A stretch of DNA of 41,561 nt. Origin: an uncultured Ignavibacteriales bacterium (GTDB taxonomy: Bacteria; Zixibacteria; MSB-5A5; GN15; FEB-12). The stretch is from assembly GCA_964650395.1 (NCBI GenBank), contig CAZYRH010000002.1:1-41561 (forward strand), read 5' to 3'. Every line of letters begins with the position of its first letter. The stretch's first letter is position 1. Under the pieces are notes generated by a model. It was not told the DNA's origin, did no database searches, and saw only the letters and a program-made list of their open reading frames with translations. Positions 26,231-35,391 of this stretch are shown one piece after another. The position numbers were made by a program, and so were the translations under genes.

Positions 26231-26259
26231 TTGACAAGAATAAGAGTATTGGTTAATAT
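26231..26259 (+). promoter_or_regulatory. sigma-70-like promoter (TTGACA-N17-TAATAT)
   Basis: TTGACA lies at 26231-26236. A 17-nt spacer separates it from TAATAT at 26254-26259. The element is about 100 nt upstream of the small secreted-protein gene. Confidence 0.4.
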
Positions 26260-26358
26260 ATAAACAGCAGATTATGCGCTTATTTTAGCGTTTGTTATAG
26301 TAACGTAGTCTCGTCATTTGGTTCGATGACGGGGCGCTTCACGAAGGAGGCAAAGCAA

Positions 26359-26664
26359 ATGAATGGCTTGAGGTTAATTGCAGTTGTTTTCGGCCTGCTT
26401 TTGATCCTTGCCTGCTTTCTTTCTGCTCCGGTGTTTGGCGAGAACCCGTGGGATGCAGATGGTGGAAATGATTCTGATTCCGATACGTCTTTCGACACCA
26501 CGGGAACCGAAGAGGATGAGATCGAGATGATGCCGGACGGTAACGAGGAGTATAATCCTGACTGGCTCACGGGAATATTTTTCAGGATGTCGTACCGTTT
26601 CATTACCGGATATCTGATGAATCCTCAGGTAATTTCACCAAGCTACCAGGCAACAGTGAATTAA
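26359..26664 (+). CDS. small secreted acidic protein (101 aa precursor)
   Basis: A strong RBS (GAAGGAGG) lies 8 nt before the ATG at 26359. The signal peptide is MNGLRLIAVVFGLLLILACFLSAPVFG. A D/E/S/T-rich segment follows, then an aromatic C-terminus (NPDWLTGIFFRMSYRFITGYLM). Confidence 0.65.
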   Translation: MNGLRLIAVVFGLLLILACFLSAPVFGENPWDADGGNDSDSDTSFDTTGTEEDEIEMMPDGNEEYNPDWLTGIFFRMSYRFITGYLMNPQVISPSYQATVN

Positions 26665-26745
26665 GCTGGCGAAAGCAAGCCCACAAGAGAGAGTTCATTG
26701 GACGGTAATGAAAAAGTACCGTAATCCATAAGAGGTCGTTGTGCT

Positions 26746-29682
26746 ATGAAGCTTTCCTCACCACAAGTCACCTTTGACAACCGTCTTCTTGCCATAGAAG
26801 AGCTATTTCGGCAGCGTCAGTATGCTGTTGCATCGCATGAGCTTGCCGGTCTGACTGAAAGTGAGTTTGAATCAAGAGGGCACGAACTTGGGCTGTTCCT
26901 TTTGCTTAAGGCGGAAGGTAATTATTTTGAGGGAAACTATAGGAAAGCTCTGGAATATGGGTTGCACGCGGCCAGGCTCTTGGCTGATTTCCCGCTTAAC
27001 CGACGATATGGCAGAATTCAACTTGTCTTATCTAAATCATATTCTGCCCTGGGGGATTTGAAAAACGCCGAAATACGAGCTCGCGATGCCCTATCTGCCT
27101 TCCGTCGAGCGTCTGACCCTGAAGGACAGGTTGATTCGCTTAATGAGCTGGCGCGAACTGCATATATTCGGTCCGACTTCCACTCGGCTTTGAATTCAGT
27201 TGATGAAGCCATATCGATGTCATCCGGCAACCCACACAAGACTGCCCAGCTCACCGGAAATATTGGCCGAATTCGTTGCTATCTTGGGTATTGGGAAAAG
27301 GCTGAGTCCGATTTGAAGAAAACACTCGAATTCAATATAGCCCACAACGAAGAGGTCTCGCAGGCAGTCAACCTGCTCTCGCTTGGTCAGCTCTATCGGA
27401 GACAGCGCCGGTTTGTGTTAGCCCATCGCCAGTATGATCTTGCGCTCGAGATTATTTCTCGTTTGAATTTGAAGAGAGAGAAAGTGATATATCTCGAATT
27501 TGCCGGCGAATTGGCATATGACAAAGGAGATATGTTCAAAGCTAAAACCCTCTTGAGCGAGGCTTATCAAAAGGGTCTTATGCTGGCACCGGGATCGTCT
27601 CTTGTCTCCCAGTCAGCCAGGCGGCTGGCCGAGGTAGAGCTGGTTTTAGACAATGTTGACCAAGCCATGAAATATGGCCAAAAAGCTCTTGAGTTGTCTT
27701 TGAGCTTGGGAGAAAAAGCTGAGATTGGACTGTCGCGAAGAATTATTGCCCGGGTTTTTGAAGCCCAAGAGGATTTCGATGAGGCTCGGCAGTATATTCG
27801 CCAGGCGGTAGAGATTCTCAGAGGAGTTGGTGACCCGTACGATCTTGCCTGCACTCTTCTGGTCGCGGCGGGCATAGGCATGTCCGATCATGCAGGCGAA
27901 GGCGAGAAGATTCGGGCTGCTTTTGGAGAGGCTTACCTGCTGTTTAAGAATCTGAAGTTGTATTATTGGTGCGGTGAGTCTGATTTTAGGGCGGGCGTTT
28001 TTGCGTGCCAGCAAGGGGATTTGGCGGGTGGTTTCAAGAGGTTGAGTGAAGCGGAAAAGGGGTTTTCGGCAATTGGAGATAATACCAAGCTTAGAGCAGT
28101 TCATAAGTTTCTCCAGTCCTTATCTGAGCAGGCGGTTGCTTTGTCTATTTCACAGGAGAATGAATTCAAGATTTTCGGGACTCTTATCACTCCTGCTGAA
28201 TTGCCTGATCTCAAATCAGGCTCGGTGGAAGATTTACTGTCAATACTGATGAAGAAAACCAATGGAAACCGGGCCGTGTTATATATGCCCGATGTTGGAA
28301 ATAACCCGTTGGTTTCCTCTTATCCTCTCCGTCCTCACCAAGTCAAGAAATTTTGCAGTAACTTTCGCAATCTTTTAGGGGAAGAAGTATCGAAAACGAA
28401 ACCGACCTTGCTCTTGGATTGTCGGCGTGATCCGTTCCTAAATCACCTGTTTGCGGATATTCCGGACATCATCGCCAGTGTGATTGTTGTCCCGTTCAAA
28501 ATGAGTGATGATTCTACCAGTTATCTTTACCTCGATCGCTTGTCTAATGACAACAGTTTGAATCCCTTCAGTCAAAAGGAGCTGAATTTTGCGGTGGGGT
28601 TCTCTGACCTGCTTGCTTTCAAGTGGGCGGAGATTCAGAAGAACAAGCTCCTGGATGACAATCGCCGCCTCAAGAAACAGCTTATGGAAAATGCCGCTTT
28701 TCCCAATATTATCACCCAAAACAGCCGAATGCTCGAGGTGCTTGCTCAAGCTCGTCAGGTTGTCGATTCCAATATTGCTGTGTGTATCGAGGGAGAAACT
28801 GGTTCAGGCAAGGACCTTTTAGCGCAGGCAATTCATTTCAACTCCACCCGCTGGGAAAAGAGATTTATTTCGGTAAACTGTGCTGCTTTACCGGAGACTC
28901 TATTAGAATCAGAGTTATTTGGGTATAAGCGGGGTGCCTTTACCGGTGCTGATCGTGACAAATCCGGCTTGTTCGAAGAGGCCGACGGAGGGACTTTTTT
29001 CCTCGATGAAATTGCTGATATGCCTTTGGCCATCCAGGCTAAGCTTCTCCATGTGCTCGAAGCGCAAGAGATAGTGCGACTGGGAGGAAACATGCCGCGA
29101 AAGGTGAATGTTCGCATCATTTCCGCCACCAATAAGGATCTGAAAGAGCAGCTGCAGGCTGGCCTGTTTCGTCCCGATCTCTATTACCGTCTCTCGGCTC
29201 TCACGTTCCGGTTACCGCCGCTTCGCGAGCGCAAAGAGGACATTCCTCTGCTGGTAGCTCATTTCCTTGAAGGCAGCGGCAAGAAGGTGTCATCTGAGGT
29301 GTTAAAATTGCTGGTGTCACATGAGTGGCCGGGCAATGTTCGCGAGTTGGAAAATGAACTCAGAAAGCTGGCTTTACTGGCTGGTGACCGGGAACTGATT
29401 GACACAGACACTGCTTTGGGCAGTTTTGGATTCACCGGTGGAGATAACGGCCAAGGGCAACTAGCTATGAACGGGTTAACCGAGGGGATTGAGTTTTCGG
29501 CGAACTATTCTTTGTATGACTACCTTGCCGAGCACGAGAAACGATTTATTATCAAGGCCTTAAAAGAGACGGGCGGCGTCAAAAAGCATGCGGCAGCTCT
29601 TTTGAATATTCCGGAATCGACCCTTAGGTTGAAAATCAAGCAATACGATATCGATCCAATCGTTTTTGCTGTTGACAAATAA
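26746..29682 (+). CDS. sigma-54-dependent transcriptional activator with N-terminal TPR array and GAF-like domain (no receiver domain)
   Basis: The first 400 aa or so are TPR-like repeats. A GAF-like segment ends in YLYLDRLSNDNSLNPFSQKELNFAVGF. The AAA+ motifs are GETGSGKDLLAQAIH, GAFTGA and LFRPDLYYRL. The C-terminal HTH is HAAALLNIPESTLRLKIKQY. Confidence 0.95.
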   Translation: MKLSSPQVTFDNRLLAIEELFRQRQYAVASHELAGLTESEFESRGHELGLFLLLKAEGNYFEGNYRKALEYGLHAARLLADFPLNRRYGRIQLVLSKSYSALGDLKNAEIRARDALSAFRRASDPEGQVDSLNELARTAYIRSDFHSALNSVDEAISMSSGNPHKTAQLTGNIGRIRCYLGYWEKAESDLKKTLEFNIAHNEEVSQAVNLLSLGQLYRRQRRFVLAHRQYDLALEIISRLNLKREKVIYLEFAGELAYDKGDMFKAKTLLSEAYQKGLMLAPGSSLVSQSARRLAEVELVLDNVDQAMKYGQKALELSLSLGEKAEIGLSRRIIARVFEAQEDFDEARQYIRQAVEILRGVGDPYDLACTLLVAAGIGMSDHAGEGEKIRAAFGEAYLLFKNLKLYYWCGESDFRAGVFACQQGDLAGGFKRLSEAEKGFSAIGDNTKLRAVHKFLQSLSEQAVALSISQENEFKIFGTLITPAELPDLKSGSVEDLLSILMKKTNGNRAVLYMPDVGNNPLVSSYPLRPHQVKKFCSNFRNLLGEEVSKTKPTLLLDCRRDPFLNHLFADIPDIIASVIVVPFKMSDDSTSYLYLDRLSNDNSLNPFSQKELNFAVGFSDLLAFKWAEIQKNKLLDDNRRLKKQLMENAAFPNIITQNSRMLEVLAQARQVVDSNIAVCIEGETGSGKDLLAQAIHFNSTRWEKRFISVNCAALPETLLESELFGYKRGAFTGADRDKSGLFEEADGGTFFLDEIADMPLAIQAKLLHVLEAQEIVRLGGNMPRKVNVRIISATNKDLKEQLQAGLFRPDLYYRLSALTFRLPPLRERKEDIPLLVAHFLEGSGKKVSSEVLKLLVSHEWPGNVRELENELRKLALLAGDRELIDTDTALGSFGFTGGDNGQGQLAMNGLTEGIEFSANYSLYDYLAEHEKRFIIKALKETGGVKKHAAALLNIPESTLRLKIKQYDIDPIVFAVDK

Positions 29683-29877
29683 CCGGCTGTAGAAAAGCTC
29701 GCAGACTCATTATTTCGCACCAAGCGAACCACTCTCAAAACATACTAAAGCGTATAAGAATATAGCTTCATCACGAAGATTGCTCCCGGCAAGGACATTA
29801 CCAGTATTTACCCACATCTTGCTATTACTTATCCCCGCAGGCTTGTTCGTAGGTGTCTTTCGACATAGTTTTGTATT

Positions 29878-30714
29878 ATGGCAAATGCCTTTTTTTTACA
29901 ACACTTTGCTGGTGATCCCTTTTTTAACATGGCTGTAGATGAGTGGCTTTTGCGGCAGGTTTCTTCCTGTCCAGGGCTTATCTATTTGAGGCTGTACACC
30001 TGGCGGAAAGGTGCTATCACCTTTGGAATCAACCAGAAAAAAGAACTGGCGCTGGATTTTTCAAAGGTATCGGGTACGCCGGTGATACGACGGGTCACCG
30101 GGGGCAGAGCAATATACCACGACCCCGGAGAATTGACCTACTCTATCGCTGTCAATACTCGTCATTTGGGTAACCTTAAATTGGTCGGTTCACTCACTAA
30201 AACGACTCGATCGATAGCCGAAGCGCTGACGTATTTTTTGAGGCGATTGGGAATACAATCGCATTATCTGCGTTCCAGCTCACTCAAAGACTCCGAGCCT
30301 GCTTTTTTCCATACTGCTGCTTGCTTTGACTCTATTTCCCGATATGAATTGGTGGCTAACTCTCAAAAGATTATTGCGTCGGCTCAACGGCGAGTTGGAG
30401 CAGCTTACCTCCAGCACGGGTCGATCAAATTGCACGGCGTTGCTTCCCATCCGGCGCTGGCAACAAAATTGTTGGCCGGTTCTTCCGGCACAGATATACC
30501 GCCGATTTCGAGAGAAGACTTCGGTTTGATGGCTGGTCTGTTTGTTCAGGAAATGGGACTGTATTTTGAGCTGGAGCTGAAAGAAAGCTACTTGACCACG
30601 CCAGACCAATACGAGGTAAAAAACAGGATGTCTTTTTTGAAAAAAAATCCAGTTTTAAGAAGGGATATTTTTAAACATTGGTCGTCTGCAAACAGTTTAT
30701 ATATCAGAGGATGA
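29878..30714 (+). CDS. lipoate--protein ligase family protein (BPL/LplA/LipB catalytic domain)
   Basis: Motifs present are FFNMAVDEWLL, LRLYTWRKGAITFGINQK, VIRRVTGGRAIYHDPGELTYSI and the catalytic-lysine segment KIIASAQRRVGAAYLQHGSI. Confidence 0.8.
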   Translation: MANAFFLQHFAGDPFFNMAVDEWLLRQVSSCPGLIYLRLYTWRKGAITFGINQKKELALDFSKVSGTPVIRRVTGGRAIYHDPGELTYSIAVNTRHLGNLKLVGSLTKTTRSIAEALTYFLRRLGIQSHYLRSSSLKDSEPAFFHTAACFDSISRYELVANSQKIIASAQRRVGAAYLQHGSIKLHGVASHPALATKLLAGSSGTDIPPISREDFGLMAGLFVQEMGLYFELELKESYLTTPDQYEVKNRMSFLKKNPVLRRDIFKHWSSANSLYIRG

Positions 30715-30999
30715 TGGTTTTTTTGAAGGAAAAATTGCTTGACTTTTTCGAAGCCAGGTGGGTATTTTATGAAATTAGGTGATTGGAAAAAGTGACAAAT
30801 TCGACCGCCATGAAGGTGTGGTTGGCTAACGGAATGAGGTTAAGATATTCAGGTAAGGTAACCCTCACTACTTTGTCCACACTACAGGCAGCTAAGTATC
30901 AGTACAAAAGTGTGCAGAAACCTCTCACGTACTTAGTCGGCTGCGAAGTAATAGAGTGTGGAAATGAGCTTACGGGAAAAACTTCGAGGAGGAAATAAG

Positions 31000-33900
31000 A
31001 TGCGTCGTTATTGTAGGCTATATATGATCTTTTTGATTGTTCTTGCCGGTTTGGTCGTGGCTCTGCCGACGAGTACGTACTCTTCTGCGACCGGTCAGAT
31101 AAAAGGAACGATTATCGACAGGGAAACAGAAAAGCCGGTATTGGGTGCTTCTATCCTGGTAGTGGGGACCGCGCGAGGGGCTATGACCGATCTGGACGGT
31201 AAGTACATCATTACCCAAGTGGGACCAGGCACCTATACACTCAAAGTTACGCACGTCTCTTATCAGGAAGTCGAGGTTACTAATGTCGAGGTCAAGTCTG
31301 ACCTTACCAAAGAGGTGTCGTTAAAGCTTGAGAAAAAGGTTACGGAACTGGGAGAAAAAATAGTGGTGCGGGCACATAGGGACCCCATTGCGCGAGTTGA
31401 AACTTCCACTCAGACCACTATTACGCAGGAAGTCATTGAAGCCCAGCCTGTGACCACGGTGGAGGATTTATTGACGCAGGTGGCCGGTGTTGTCACTGGC
31501 CGTGAGGGAGAAGTTTTCATTCGTGGCGGGAGAGCCGGTGAGATTTCATATATTCTCGACGGGGTTCCGATTGATGACCCGCTTGCCGGTCTTGGACAGG
31601 CCGGAGCGAATTTGTCGCTGGTGTCGGGTTCAATCAAAGAATTTACGGTAATCAAAGATGGTTTTGATCCGGAATACGGAGACGCGGTTTCGGGCATTAT
31701 TAAAATTACCACCCAAACCGGTTCAAGAGACAATACTGCCATGAATATGCAGTTCTTAACGGACGATTTCGGTAACAAAGACCTGAATAAGTATTCCCGC
31801 AACAATGACTTTGTTCGTTTATCGTTGTCCGGGCCGGATCCCATCTTTACGAGCAAGGTGCTGCCGGCGTTGGGATTGAACTTTCTGGAGGGCAAAGAGT
31901 TTACGTACTACCTGTATGCTGAAGTTGATAAAAGCGATGGATTTTACCAGTACGAACGGTATGATACACCCAACACCCGCCGCAACACGCGATTCTTTAA
32001 CCTGTTTGGTTTCAAGGTCCCGGAACGTCTGGAAAACAAGTACTACTGGATGACGAATTTGAAATTCCGTCCCCAGCAGAACCTGAAGTTTATCTTGTCG
32101 TACAAAGATCGACGGGTTAAAAATACCGCGTTTGGCTGGGCGTATCGCTATAGTTCTGCCACAGCTCCCATTGTTGAGCAAAATTTCAAATCGCTTTCAC
32201 TGGAAGTGTTGCAGTCTATTTCCAAGGACATGAATTATGAAATGATATTGTCCTATACTCAAAATGAGACGAGTCAAAAGCCGGGTGACCCGAATAATCC
32301 CGGCTATGGCGTCGATCCACCCTGGTTCGATTTCGACTATGAATGGGAAAGCTACCAAGATAGAAACCACAACGGCGTTTACGATCCACCGGAACCTATA
32401 ATCAACTTGTACCCTGACACAGCTACGTACGGTACTGATTTTACCGGACCGGCGTATACGTACGGGGAGTACCTCTACGACGATAACGTTCAGGGTGGCA
32501 CTGGCAGCTACTCCGGTTTTCGCTTTAACGACAACGGCATGAGGGATAGCATAGAAGGTGAGCCTTTTATTGATTTGAACGGGAACGGCGTCTGGGATCG
32601 GGGAGATTTTCTGTTCGATAAGAATGGAAACGGCATTCTTGATCAAAATAGATCGGAAATCATTAACCAAAAGAACCCTGAGCCATACATAGATGGGGAT
32701 TCAATAATTGGGGAGCCGTTCACTGACATCAATAGTAACGATGTGTACGACGAGGGGATCGATATATTCACCAAATGTGTGTGTCCGGAGAATATGGACT
32801 ATAATCATAACGGCCAGTATGACGGTCCGAACAATCAGTGGACACCCGGAACGCCGTTTGTTGACCGCAACGGCAACGGCCTGTTCGATTCCCCGAACAA
32901 CGAATATAACCCAGGGGAACCGTTCACGGATGTCAACGGTAATGGCCAATGGGATGCGGGGGGCAGCAAGAACTTCCTTGATCCCCTCACCTACGATGAG
33001 GATGCGACGTGGCATTACCGCAGGACTAACACCTACCGAGGAGAATTGAAAGTTTTCCGTGAGTTTGGCCCCCACCAGCTGAAGGCCGGCGTCGCGATTG
33101 AAAAGATGGATTTCACCTATCAGTTGATCGAGAAGCCGTATTTGTTGTATACCGGTCGTGATGACGGCGGTCCGTATCCCAACCGGGGTGCCTTCCGTGA
33201 CATGTTTGAATATGGCCCGTGGGATGGGACCGTGTACTTTCGTGACAAACTAGAGTATGGTTCAATGATAGCCTCTCTTGGCTTCCGTTGGGATTTCTTT
33301 ATCCAGGACAAGGATAAACTTGTACCTGTGGCTCAAAACGATGATCTCGGTTCTGGAATCATTTATGGAGACCGACAGTTAATCTCGCCTCGGATCGGTT
33401 TTTCGTACCCCATTTCAGATAAGGCAAAGGTTCACTTCAATTATGGTCACTTCTATCAAATGCCGAGTCTCGGTGCGATGTATGCCCGAAATACCGCCTC
33501 CGTGGACCAGAATACCATTATCGGAAACTACAACCTGGACTATAAGAAAACGGTGCAGTACTCTTTTGGTGTGAAGTACGCCATGTCTGAAAACTATTCC
33601 CTTGATGCCTCAGGTTACTTCAAGGATGAATTTGACAAAATCAACGCTTCGAATGTTAAGGTTGGCGGCTTGACTCGTCAGCAATACCGCAATAGTGACT
33701 ATGGACGGAGTCGTGGCTTTGAGTTCACACTTGACAAGACCGGCGGCGGTTATGTGAACGGTACGATATGGTACACTTATGCCTTTGCTTACGGTAAAGC
33801 CTCACAAGCCGCTCGCGAGTGGCAGACACCGTTTGAACTCTCGCGTGAACCACTCTCAGAAGCACCGCTCGACAATGATGTCCGTCACACCTTCAACGCG

Positions 33901-34335
33901 AGCATTCAGATTTTCGTCCCGAGTACCGTCAAGCCACGGTTATTCAATCTACCAATTCCGAACGCGTGGTCGTTAGCTATCATCAGCAGAATCGAAAGCG
34001 GCAGACCGTTCACTCCGGATCGTTCGTATCCAAACATCACCCATGAGACCGGGGAGGACATTCAGCGCAACTCTTTGCGGAAGCCTTCCGTTGTCAACTT
34101 TGACATCCGATTTACGAAAGACTTCAAGTTTGTAGGTACCGACCTAAGTTTTATTCTATGGGTAGAGAATGTATTCAATAGTCGAAATGTAACAGACTTA
34201 TACACTAATACCGGACGGCCGGACACTCAACAAAATCAGAGTCAGATTATTAAAGGCGGCACCGATTATGACTTGAACCCCGCCAACTGGGACTATGGCC
34301 GGCAGATAAGAATGGGAATAGAAATCAATTTATAA
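31000..34335 (+). CDS. outer-membrane TonB-dependent-receptor-like barrel with CarboxypepD_reg domain and an EF-hand-like Ca-loop insert
   Basis: GGAGGA lies 6 nt before the ATG at 31000; the ORF is open from 30958. There is a signal peptide. The CarboxypepD_reg-like domain reads GQIKGTIIDRETEKPVLGASILVVGT...DGKYII...GTYTLKVTHVSYQ. The plug-like motif is VFIRGGRAGEISYILDGVPIDDP. The C-terminal half is long, beta-rich and Y/F/G/N-rich. Confidence 0.88.
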   Translation: MRRYCRLYMIFLIVLAGLVVALPTSTYSSATGQIKGTIIDRETEKPVLGASILVVGTARGAMTDLDGKYIITQVGPGTYTLKVTHVSYQEVEVTNVEVKSDLTKEVSLKLEKKVTELGEKIVVRAHRDPIARVETSTQTTITQEVIEAQPVTTVEDLLTQVAGVVTGREGEVFIRGGRAGEISYILDGVPIDDPLAGLGQAGANLSLVSGSIKEFTVIKDGFDPEYGDAVSGIIKITTQTGSRDNTAMNMQFLTDDFGNKDLNKYSRNNDFVRLSLSGPDPIFTSKVLPALGLNFLEGKEFTYYLYAEVDKSDGFYQYERYDTPNTRRNTRFFNLFGFKVPERLENKYYWMTNLKFRPQQNLKFILSYKDRRVKNTAFGWAYRYSSATAPIVEQNFKSLSLEVLQSISKDMNYEMILSYTQNETSQKPGDPNNPGYGVDPPWFDFDYEWESYQDRNHNGVYDPPEPIINLYPDTATYGTDFTGPAYTYGEYLYDDNVQGGTGSYSGFRFNDNGMRDSIEGEPFIDLNGNGVWDRGDFLFDKNGNGILDQNRSEIINQKNPEPYIDGDSIIGEPFTDINSNDVYDEGIDIFTKCVCPENMDYNHNGQYDGPNNQWTPGTPFVDRNGNGLFDSPNNEYNPGEPFTDVNGNGQWDAGGSKNFLDPLTYDEDATWHYRRTNTYRGELKVFREFGPHQLKAGVAIEKMDFTYQLIEKPYLLYTGRDDGGPYPNRGAFRDMFEYGPWDGTVYFRDKLEYGSMIASLGFRWDFFIQDKDKLVPVAQNDDLGSGIIYGDRQLISPRIGFSYPISDKAKVHFNYGHFYQMPSLGAMYARNTASVDQNTIIGNYNLDYKKTVQYSFGVKYAMSENYSLDASGYFKDEFDKINASNVKVGGLTRQQYRNSDYGRSRGFEFTLDKTGGGYVNGTIWYTYAFAYGKASQAAREWQTPFELSREPLSEAPLDNDVRHTFNASIQIFVPSTVKPRLFNLPIPNAWSLAIISRIESGRPFTPDRSYPNITHETGEDIQRNSLRKPSVVNFDIRFTKDFKFVGTDLSFILWVENVFNSRNVTDLYTNTGRPDTQQNQSQIIKGGTDYDLNPANWDYGRQIRMGIEINL

Positions 34336-34382
34336 ACGTGATGCGGCGAGGATGTAGTGATATGCATATATTTGAGGATAAC

Positions 34383-35369
34383 ATGATCTGTAGAAACAGT
34401 CGTTCAAGCGTGAGGACAAAGTGGCGCCCAAAAGTTGGGTTTGTGGGTACGGTGTTGGTAATAGCGTTATGTCTTGGGATTCTCACCTCTACCGACGTCC
34501 ACGCCCAGGCGAAAGTCGCCACTACCGGTACTCAATTCCTTGAGTTGGGTGTTTCTGCCCGCGCGATGGGTATGGCAGAGGCATTTACAGCAGTGTCCGA
34601 TGATATTACGTCGGTTTACTATAATCCCGCCGGTTTGACTTATCTGTACGGTCGTGAGGCGGCGTTCACCTACGTTGATATGCCTGACGGTGTTGGTCAT
34701 GGCTTCGCAGCGATTGGGCTCCCGCTCGAGTCCATCGGCGGTGTGCTCGGAATCAGCGCGTATGCGCTTAGCTCGGGAGATATGGATGTAACGGATTACT
34801 CCAGGATTTCAACGGGCCAAACATTCTCATGGAATGATTTTGCTCTCGCTGTCAGTTATGGCCGGTACTTGACGGACCGTTTTTCCGTGGGGTTTACGGT
34901 GAAGTATATTAGCGAGTTTTCGTACGACTATTCTGCGAACGGCTGGGCTGCTGACGTTGGTACCGTATATAACACCGGGTTCAGAGGGTTTAAAATAGCC
35001 ATGATGATTACCAACTTCGGGCCTGATATGAAGTTTATTAAGAATGCCTTTCCTCTTCCCATCGACTTCAAATTCGGCGGTTCCATCAATGTTATCGAAG
35101 GTGTTGATCATCTGTTAACGTTCGCCACGGAAGGTTCTCACCCGTCTGATAACCTGGAGCAGTACAACAGTGGCCTTGAGTATGTATTCAAAGACCGCTT
35201 CATTCTTCGGGCGGGGTGGCGGTTGCATTACGATGTCGATGGTCTCGCTGCCGGGGGCGGCTTGCGACTGCCGTTTGGAGAAGATCGTGAACTGCGGTTT
35301 GACTATGCCTATCAAGATTATGGAGTTATGACAGAGATCCATCACTTCACGATGAGCCTTGCATTCTAA
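34383..35369 (+). CDS. PorV/PorQ-family outer-membrane beta-barrel protein
   Basis: The N-terminal family signature FLELGVSARAMGMAEAFTAVSDDITSVYYNPAGL follows a signal peptide (VLVIALCLGILTSTDVHAQA). The start is uncertain: the ORF is open from the GTG at 34338, and the ATG at 34383 has GAGGA upstream. The protein ends with an aromatic-rich beta strand and a terminal F. Confidence 0.8.
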   Translation: MICRNSRSSVRTKWRPKVGFVGTVLVIALCLGILTSTDVHAQAKVATTGTQFLELGVSARAMGMAEAFTAVSDDITSVYYNPAGLTYLYGREAAFTYVDMPDGVGHGFAAIGLPLESIGGVLGISAYALSSGDMDVTDYSRISTGQTFSWNDFALAVSYGRYLTDRFSVGFTVKYISEFSYDYSANGWAADVGTVYNTGFRGFKIAMMITNFGPDMKFIKNAFPLPIDFKFGGSINVIEGVDHLLTFATEGSHPSDNLEQYNSGLEYVFKDRFILRAGWRLHYDVDGLAAGGGLRLPFGEDRELRFDYAYQDYGVMTEIHHFTMSLAF

Positions 35370-35391
35370 ACGAAAGGACCGGGGATAAACT

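Noticed and set aside
26295-26603. 102-aa minus-strand ORF
   Set aside because: It is antisense to the small secreted-protein gene. That gene has a strong RBS, a promoter-like element and a clean signal peptide.
30783-30998. Cobalamin or other riboswitch in the barrel-gene leader, or a real 71-aa gene
   Set aside because: GGTGATTGGAAAAAGTGACAAATTCGACCGCC faintly recalls the cobalamin riboswitch core. However, I could not find a B12 box or a consistent stem set. The ORF lacks an RBS and looks basic and low-complexity.
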